Origin: a virus
Taxonomy: Duplodnaviria; Caudoviricetes
IMG/VR virus record: IMGVR_UViG_3300025270_000050
Location: 1 to 30,934 of that record
Reading direction: 5' to 3' (one strand)
DNA length: 30,934 nt
In this document: one piece after another, positions 25,371 through 30,934 of the stretch
How the letters are laid out: each line of letters begins with the position of its first letter
Position numbering within the stretch: position 1 is the first letter of the stretch
Made by a program: the position numbers and the translations under genes
Notes under the pieces: generated by a model
The model's database searches: none
The model's input: the letters and a program-made list of their open reading frames with translations, nothing else
Told to the model about the DNA's origin: nothing

Positions 25371-25611
25371 GAACGCCAGCCACGGAGAACTGCTCGGATG
25401 GATTCTGAGTCTCAGCGTGCTCACCGCCGTTCTTGCGGTGTTGCTCTTCCAGATCCGGCGGCGACCGTCGGCCGGGGACGCGATCCCGTGGCGGGAGATC
25501 GTGGCGGTCACCATCGCTCTCTCGATTCTGTTTCTGGTCGCCTTCCTCTTCCCCTTCGCGGCTCGGGTCCTCCTTCCCGATCCCGGCAATCCCTCCCTCC
25601 TCAACAGATGA
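25369..25611 (+). CDS. Hypothetical two-TM membrane protein
   Basis: Two long hydrophobic helices; part of a chain of overlapping ORFs. Confidence 0.65.
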   Translation: MNASHGELLGWILSLSVLTAVLAVLLFQIRRRPSAGDAIPWREIVAVTIALSILFLVAFLFPFAARVLLPDPGNPSLLNR

Positions 25612-25835
25612 TCACTCCCGCACAACAATTGAAGAGACTAGAAGTCGCAAAGGTGCTTTGCCTCTTGGATGGGGAAGACCTCATCCTCCTCTCGGAAGCA
25701 CTCCGCCACTACTACGAACACAACGACGGGAAGGTCCGCGAAGAAGAACAGCGCCTGCTCTGCGAGATGAGCGCCGGAGTTCAGCTAGCGCAGGTCCGCC
25801 AATGGAGGGACCGCCTCACCGGGGAGAACGGATGA
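25608..25835 (+). CDS. Hypothetical protein
   Basis: ATGA overlaps at both ends; MITPAQQLKRLEVAKVLC... Confidence 0.6.
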   Translation: MITPAQQLKRLEVAKVLCLLDGEDLILLSEALRHYYEHNDGKVREEEQRLLCEMSAGVQLAQVRQWRDRLTGENG

Positions 25836-26176
25836 CAGCCGAAGAAGACAGCACCCTCTTCGACTATGCGAGGCGGCGTCGCGAGCAAGGCTCGGCCCAT
25901 GCCCGAAACTCCGACCCCGGAACTTCACATCAGGCTGCGGCTCATGTCACCAAGACGACGCTCAAACCAAGCCAACGGGACGTCCTCGAAGTCCTGCAAG
26001 CGGGTCCCAGGACACAATATTCTCTAGAGAGAGGACGGCTTCAAAGCCTCTACTCACCGTCCAGAATTCGAACCGCTGTCGCCGAGCTAACCGGGCTGAA
26101 TAAGGTGAGGGACACAGGGGAGAAGAAGAGGCTCCCGTCTGGACGCAATGCCATCATCTGGGAGGTGATCCGATGA
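25832..26176 (+). CDS. Phage winged-HTH-like protein
   Basis: ATG 25832; ARNSDPGTSHQAA...SRIRTAVAEL...DTGEKKRLPSGRNAIIW. Confidence 0.7.
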   Translation: MTAEEDSTLFDYARRRREQGSAHARNSDPGTSHQAAAHVTKTTLKPSQRDVLEVLQAGPRTQYSLERGRLQSLYSPSRIRTAVAELTGLNKVRDTGEKKRLPSGRNAIIWEVIR

Positions 26177-26880
26177 AGAAGCGCTTCACAGATTGCGACA
26201 AATGGCGCGACCCTTGGTTTCGTCGGCTCTCGCCACGGGCAAAGCTCGTTTGGCTTTGGCTGGTCGACAATTGCGACACCGCGGGAGTGATCGACGTGGA
26301 CTTTGAGCTCGCCGCTTTCCAGATCGGAAGCGACCTCGAACCCGACTACCTCTGCGAGCTCCAAGACAGAGTCGAGAAGCTGCCCAACGGTAAATACTGG
26401 ATCGGAAAGTTCATTTATTTCCAGTACTCAGTCGGCAACAATAAACACTTTTCGCCCAACTGTAAGCCGCACGCCCTTGTCTTGGAATTGCTCGAAAAAA
26501 ACGGCTTGACCGAAAGGGTAGCCGATACCCTTCCAAAAGGGTTAGGAAAGGGTCCAAGAAAAAGAAAAGGAAAAGGACAGGACAAAGCCTTTGCGGAGGG
26601 TATGCGCTCAAGGCCACCGACCCTCGAAGAGCTCAAGGCGTATGCCAAGGAAGTCCCCTGCAGCGAGGATTGCGCTGAGGGCTACCAGAATGACCGTCAG
26701 GCGCTTAACTGGACGAAAGTGAAGGGAGGGCTCCAAGTCACCATCGAGGACTGGAGGAGCGATCTGAGGACCTTTGCGATGCACTGGCGGGCGAACGAGG
26801 CGAAGAGGAAGGCCGAGGGACGCTCCGCACCGGTGGCCCGGGGAGTGGACACACGACCAGAGAAAAGACTGAAGTTATGA
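26173..26880 (+). CDS. Replication initiator-like protein
   Basis: KRFTDCDKWRDPWFRRLSPRAKLVWLWLVDNCDTAG N-terminal domain, basic linker, PPTLEEL C-terminal domain. Confidence 0.72.
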   Translation: MKKRFTDCDKWRDPWFRRLSPRAKLVWLWLVDNCDTAGVIDVDFELAAFQIGSDLEPDYLCELQDRVEKLPNGKYWIGKFIYFQYSVGNNKHFSPNCKPHALVLELLEKNGLTERVADTLPKGLGKGPRKRKGKGQDKAFAEGMRSRPPTLEELKAYAKEVPCSEDCAEGYQNDRQALNWTKVKGGLQVTIEDWRSDLRTFAMHWRANEAKRKAEGRSAPVARGVDTRPEKRLKL

Positions 26881-27284
26881 GTAGATTGACTGACGAGGAG
26901 GTAGCCAGCATGGTCACGACCAAGATCACAAGCGCGATGGCGTGCTTCGATGAAGGCCGGAGGAGCCCGGACAAGGCTGCGCTATTGCTCGAGGAGTTGA
27001 GACGGCGAGGATCGTTCTCGGAGAGTTGTGATTGGCTGAAGAATGCCGACACCCAGATCCACCGGGCGGTCATGATGGTCTTCGAGCATCACGCCGGGAA
27101 CCAAGACGCCTGCGCCCGGACATGGAGACTGGTTCTCGGGAACCTCCACAGCTTCGCCGAGCAGAAGGGAGAGTGGCGGCTTCTGGATCGCGAGAAGTCA
27201 GCCGCCTTTTTGGGAGAGGTCAGGAGCTCCATGCGAGCGAAGGAAAAACAGAGCCGATGCAACCAGCAGTCAGAAGCGCCCTGA
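26877..27284 (+). CDS. Hypothetical protein (position of a replication partner)
   Basis: ATGA overlap with the initiator gene. Confidence 0.6.
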   Translation: MSRLTDEEVASMVTTKITSAMACFDEGRRSPDKAALLLEELRRRGSFSESCDWLKNADTQIHRAVMMVFEHHAGNQDACARTWRLVLGNLHSFAEQKGEWRLLDREKSAAFLGEVRSSMRAKEKQSRCNQQSEAP

Positions 27285-27481
27285 GCGCGTCGGTCAGTGC
27301 GGGCTGTGCCGAGTTCTGGAGAGAGCGAGGGGAGGACCCCGGGATCACTTTCGGAGACATCGTCCGCGCCGGGGCAGCTGAAGGGAAGCGAAAGAAAAGA
27401 ACTTCCCGCGCCGTCCTCCTGGCCGACCGAATAGCGCGGGAGCTTGAGCAGGGGTGGAAGGACGAAAAGGGTGATTTTTGA
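27257..27481 (+). CDS. Hypothetical protein
   Basis: ATG 27257; fills the gap up to the next gene. Confidence 0.45.
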   Translation: MQPAVRSALSASVSAGCAEFWRERGEDPGITFGDIVRAGAAEGKRKKRTSRAVLLADRIARELEQGWKDEKGDF

Positions 27482-27484
27482 ATC

Positions 27485-28489
27485 ATGGACAAAATAGAAA
27501 TACCGACAAGGGAAGAAGCGGCGGGGATCGTTGCGACAGCATCGAGCCAACTCGAATGGCTCCTCGGGACCGAGCCGAACAGTGAGGCGATCGACTGGGT
27601 CGCAGTCTTTGAGCGAGCGCAGGCGACGCTCAACCTCTCGGGCTCCGGGCAAAGGGGTGGCACCATTGTCCTGCGGGACTGGTACCCTGTAGACCGGACC
27701 CTGCTGCTTGATTCCCATGTTGAATTGGCTGGCGATTTCAGGGCCAAGCATCACCTCGGGTCGAGTCCCGGGTTCCGGGCCGAGGAAGACTTCGCGGGTG
27801 AGTTCGTGCTCGTCTGGAAGTCGCCTAACACGCGGTCCCTCTATTCGAATTTCGGTGCCGGGTGCCGGGGGATTCATGTCCAGACCCGCCCTGGCCGCGG
27901 TGGAGTGTCCTTCCGCGGAGCGCAGCAAAGCGCCGGGATCGACAACCTAGTGATTCGTGGCTTTGGAGAGAACGGGACCGGGTTGAAGCTCGGCGGCGAC
28001 ACCTACTCGGTGCGCGATGTCTTCATCGATGCCACCATCGGGGGAGAGGGCTCCGCCGCCAGGAAGGGAGCGGTCGGGCTCCTGACCAGTGAGAGAACTC
28101 AGGGCTTGTTGGTCGAGAACCTCACGACCCACAACTGCGAGCTCGGGCTGAAGTTGACCGATCCCGTCGAGCTCATGATCCAGAGTCTCGAAACAGAACT
28201 GACCACTCTCCCGATCACCCTCGTCTACAACGCGATGGGAGTGACCTTTCGCAATGTGCAAGTCAGACATACCGGGAACATTTTGCACATCGAAGGAGCG
28301 CGGTGGCCGGACGACTTTCTGGTAAAAGTGGACGGGATGATGGTAGGAGACGAGCGAAGCGGAACAGTTCTATTGCCGGGCGGCATCATCTGGCCGACAC
28401 CCGACAAGACATTCGATCTTGCGATCCAAGGTACCCGGAGCGGAGTCGGGGTCATCGACCTGAAGGCGGACCGCTCCGAGCTCGAGTGA
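27485..28489 (+). CDS. Right-handed beta-helix (pectate lyase-like) protein
   Basis: FERAQ...GGTIVL..WYPVDRTLLLDSHVELAG, then repeating beta rungs (IDNLVIRGF, VRDVFID, VENLTTHNC, FRNVQV). Confidence 0.65.
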   Translation: MDKIEIPTREEAAGIVATASSQLEWLLGTEPNSEAIDWVAVFERAQATLNLSGSGQRGGTIVLRDWYPVDRTLLLDSHVELAGDFRAKHHLGSSPGFRAEEDFAGEFVLVWKSPNTRSLYSNFGAGCRGIHVQTRPGRGGVSFRGAQQSAGIDNLVIRGFGENGTGLKLGGDTYSVRDVFIDATIGGEGSAARKGAVGLLTSERTQGLLVENLTTHNCELGLKLTDPVELMIQSLETELTTLPITLVYNAMGVTFRNVQVRHTGNILHIEGARWPDDFLVKVDGMMVGDERSGTVLLPGGIIWPTPDKTFDLAIQGTRSGVGVIDLKADRSELE

Positions 28490-28794
28490 TGTTCTTTCCG
28501 AAAGCGGTCACTGTCGCGGGTGTCAAGATCAGGGTGGTCCGGCTCAGTCTCTCCGAGGATGATTGCTTCGGGTCCTGGTCCCACGACACGAAGACGATCA
28601 CGATCGACTCATCAATCACGGGCGATCTCCTCGTGGGCACCCTTCGCCATGAGATGCTCGAAGCGGCGTTCTCCCTCAGTGGGATCGCTTGGTGCGAGGG
28701 GAGTGTTTCCGAGACAACGGAGGGAATCATTCGTTGCCTTGATGAGATATTTTTTCCGGTCTGGGATCCGCTCTTCGAGCGCCTGAAATCCTGA
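28489..28794 (+). CDS. Small zincin-like protein with variant HExxE motif
   Basis: TGATG overlap; CFGSW...TITID...TLRHEMLEA. Confidence 0.6.
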   Translation: MFFPKAVTVAGVKIRVVRLSLSEDDCFGSWSHDTKTITIDSSITGDLLVGTLRHEMLEAAFSLSGIAWCEGSVSETTEGIIRCLDEIFFPVWDPLFERLKS

Positions 28795-28829
28795 CGCGGT
28801 GCCTGTTCTTCGGCGGCTACACGCTGGAG

Positions 28830-29750
28830 ATGAATCCGAAATTTACCCTTACCAAACGCCACAACGTGCCGGTGATTGAGTTCACCGAGCGCGTGAAGGT
28901 TGGAGACACCGTGACGATCTTGGCGCAAGCCGATGAGCACTGGGACAACGTCCACACCAATCAGGAGTTGATTGCAATCCACATGCAGGAGGCGGTCGAT
29001 CTCGGCTGGCCAATCATAAAGCTTGGAGATCAGTTGTGTCTCATGCAGGGCAAGACAGACGGTCGTGCATCGAAGGCCGACCTCCGCCCGGAGCATAAAA
29101 CCGGAAACTACATCGACGCGGTCGTCAACGGTTACGCGAAGTTTTGCGAGTTCGCCGCTCCCAACATCGCCTTGATCGCGGAGGGGAATCATGAGGCCGC
29201 GGTCCGGTCGAGGATGGAGACCAACGTCGTCGAGAGAGTTGCGGAGCGTTGGCGGGTGGCCGGGTCCTCAGTTCACGCCGGGGGAATTGGTGGCTGGCTC
29301 CTCGTCCGGCTCAAGATCACCAGCACTCAGAGGATACTCGTTCCGATCTTCTATCATCATGGCCACGGCGGCGGCGGGCTCTCCCGGGGAATCCAGCACG
29401 TCAACAAGCGAGCGCTCTACCTTCCCGACGCTCAGGTCATCATCAGTGGACACGTCCATGAGGAGTACACGATGACGCTCTGCCGCGACCGGATCAATCT
29501 CCATACCGGGCGGACCTTCGCCGATGAGCAAATCGCAGTCTGCACCGCTACCTACAAGGACGAATATGATCCGGAGGGGAGCAGTTGGCACAGTTTACAG
29601 GGAAGGCCACCGAAGCCCATCGGCGCGTCCTGGCTGGAGCTCAGCCTCCGGCGCGAGTTCGATGACCGTCTCGCTCCTCCTAGGAAGGGAAAAGAAAAAC
29701 AGAAGCTCCCGCGGTTCTATGTTACCGTCAACGTCAGGAGGGCAAAGTGA
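28830..29750 (+). CDS. Calcineurin-like metallophosphoesterase
   Basis: DEH, LGD, GNHE, HHGHGG and SGHVH metal-binding motifs. Confidence 0.88.
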   Translation: MNPKFTLTKRHNVPVIEFTERVKVGDTVTILAQADEHWDNVHTNQELIAIHMQEAVDLGWPIIKLGDQLCLMQGKTDGRASKADLRPEHKTGNYIDAVVNGYAKFCEFAAPNIALIAEGNHEAAVRSRMETNVVERVAERWRVAGSSVHAGGIGGWLLVRLKITSTQRILVPIFYHHGHGGGGLSRGIQHVNKRALYLPDAQVIISGHVHEEYTMTLCRDRINLHTGRTFADEQIAVCTATYKDEYDPEGSSWHSLQGRPPKPIGASWLELSLRREFDDRLAPPRKGKEKQKLPRFYVTVNVRRAK

Positions 29751-29756
29751 GGGCAG

Positions 29757-30014
29757 ATGATCACGGCGGAATTGGAGCACAGGCTCGTTAGGGGAGCGCA
29801 GATTCTCGAAGGGCTGGACGAAGCGATCGAAGGCACTTCGGATTGCGGTCGGCTCATCGACGGCTACGACAAGATGGTCGAAAGACTGAAGCAGAGAGAC
29901 GGGATGTCATACGCCGACGCGGTGGAATGGATTGACTACAACATCCTCGGCGGCAAGGTGGGCAACGGGTTCATCGTCATGCAAGCGATTACCGAGGAAG
30001 AAGGGACGGGATGA
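29757..30014 (+). CDS. Conserved-looking phage hypothetical protein
   Basis: LEGLDEAIEG...YDKMVE...DGMSYADAVEWIDYNILG. Confidence 0.7.
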   Translation: MITAELEHRLVRGAQILEGLDEAIEGTSDCGRLIDGYDKMVERLKQRDGMSYADAVEWIDYNILGGKVGNGFIVMQAITEEEGTG

Positions 30015-30430
30015 CCTACGGGGAATTCATCACCGGGCTTCGGCTGCGGCACTTCAACGCGGACGAGCTCACGGACTATGCCAACCGGACAAGGGGCGGG
30101 GTCCAGAACTCTCTTCCTCCTGCGGCCTTGTGGCCAAACATCGTGGTGCCTCTCTGGATTCTCGACTGTCTGCGGGAGAGCATCAAGCGCCCGATCACCA
30201 TCGTCAGTGCCTACCGAAGCCCACGCTACAACGCCCAATTGAATGGGGCCGCGTCCAACAGCCAGCACCGCCTCAACTGTGCGATCGACTTCAAGGTGGC
30301 AGGGATGAAGCCCGAGACAGCCTTCAATCGACTGCGGACGATGCGAGACGCCAAGGTGTTCGCGGGCGGTCTGGGACTCTACCCGACCTTCGTCCATATC
30401 GACAACCGCGGAAGGTGCGCGACTTGGTAG
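30011..30430 (+). CDS. Peptidase M15A (Zn D-Ala-D-Ala peptidase fold), probable endolysin
   Basis: SAYRS..YN, SQH....AID, GGLGLY.TFVHIDNRG. Confidence 0.88.
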   Translation: MTYGEFITGLRLRHFNADELTDYANRTRGGVQNSLPPAALWPNIVVPLWILDCLRESIKRPITIVSAYRSPRYNAQLNGAASNSQHRLNCAIDFKVAGMKPETAFNRLRTMRDAKVFAGGLGLYPTFVHIDNRGRCATW

Positions 30431-30432
30431 TG

Positions 30433-30934
30433 ATGCCCCGGAGAATCCCAACGCACAAACCCAAGACCTGCCGCGTCGGGACCGCAGCCAGGACGAAGCA
30501 GGATCTGGTGAGGGCGATGAGATCACGCTGGCGATGGATCAAGTGCTCGCAAGCGGGTCGCAAGATCGAGCCGCTCTGCTGCGACCCGTTCGGGGATCAC
30601 GGCAAGCGAGTGATGCAAGCGGAGCACCGTCACCATATCAAGCCGCTGACCGAGCGACCCGACCTCCTGCTGGACTGGAGCAATCACGCCAGTCTCTGCA
30701 GCCGGTGCCACCACCGGGTCGAGTCACTGGTCCGAGCCGGGGAACCCACCGAGCATCTCTTCGAGGGAGAGAAGAGAGCTCACCCTCTAAGCGAAGCCAC
30801 AGGAGCCGCTGTGAGCCCGCGGGCGGAAATGTCGGACTCAGAGCCCCGTCCTTGCTCCAGAGCGCCCGTAGGGCCGGGGAGGAGCCAAAGACGCCAACCT
30901 CAGAGCCTTCCGGGGCCGGGAAAAGGGGGAAGGG
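30433..30934 (+). CDS. HNH endonuclease (HK97 gp74-like terminase cofactor), open to the window end; not in ORF track
   Basis: Manual translation from ATG 30433: MPRRIPTHKP...EPLCCDP...HHIKPLTERPDLLLDWSNHASLCSRCHHRVE; no stop before 30934. Confidence 0.9.
   Translation, partial: MPRRIPTHKPKTCRVGTAARTKQDLVRAMRSRWRWIKCSQAGRKIEPLCCDPFGDHGKRVMQAEHRHHIKPLTERPDLLLDWSNHASLCSRCHHRVESLVRAGEPTEHLFEGEKRAHPLSEATGAAVSPRAEMSDSEPRPCSRAPVGPGRSQRRQPQSLPGPGKGGR

Larger units (their letters stand above)
1..30934. mobile_element. Near-complete temperate tailed phage (HK97-like head, long non-contractile tail), excised/virion form
   Basis: Contiguous packaging, head, neck, tail, integrase, replication, lysin and HNH genes; no recognisable host genes; attP-like site is internal; both ends fall in genes (HNH, ParB-MTase) that are typically neighbours around the packaging site. 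Confidence 0.95.

Noticed and set aside
1-30934. Alternative genetic code or stop-codon recoding
   Set aside because: Core genes are full length under the standard bacterial code, and TGA, TAA and TAG all serve as stops

Overview
This window is a near-complete (about 31 kb), high-GC temperate siphovirus with an HK97-type head module. It appears to be in the excised or virion configuration, because an apparently intact attP lies in the middle of the contig and no host genes are visible. Left to right: a 5'-truncated ParB-like/DNA methyltransferase, TerS, TerL, a small HTH gene, portal, ClpP-type protease, major capsid, neck genes, a displaced Dit-like gene, tail tube, an inserted tail-fibre cassette, a tail assembly chaperone with a lambda-type GGGAAAG -1 frameshift, tape measure, hub, NlpC/P60-like and tail-tip genes, and small membrane/lipoprotein genes. 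These are followed by a tyrosine integrase (- strand), an att region, an RHH regulator divergent from an excisionase, recombination/replication genes, a beta-helix protein, a metallophosphoesterase, a peptidase M15 endolysin and a 3'-truncated HNH nuclease. The most unusual locus is the att region. It carries the 5' half (not the usual 3' half) of a CAT-anticodon tRNA behind a putative phage promoter, flanked by paired GGAGGCTAGC repeats and a 12-bp tandem array. Integration would therefore be predicted to place the repaired host tRNA under phage control. All product calls come from motif recognition and gene order; no database searches were run. A Verrucomicrobia-like host is an unverified impression from the integrase sequence.
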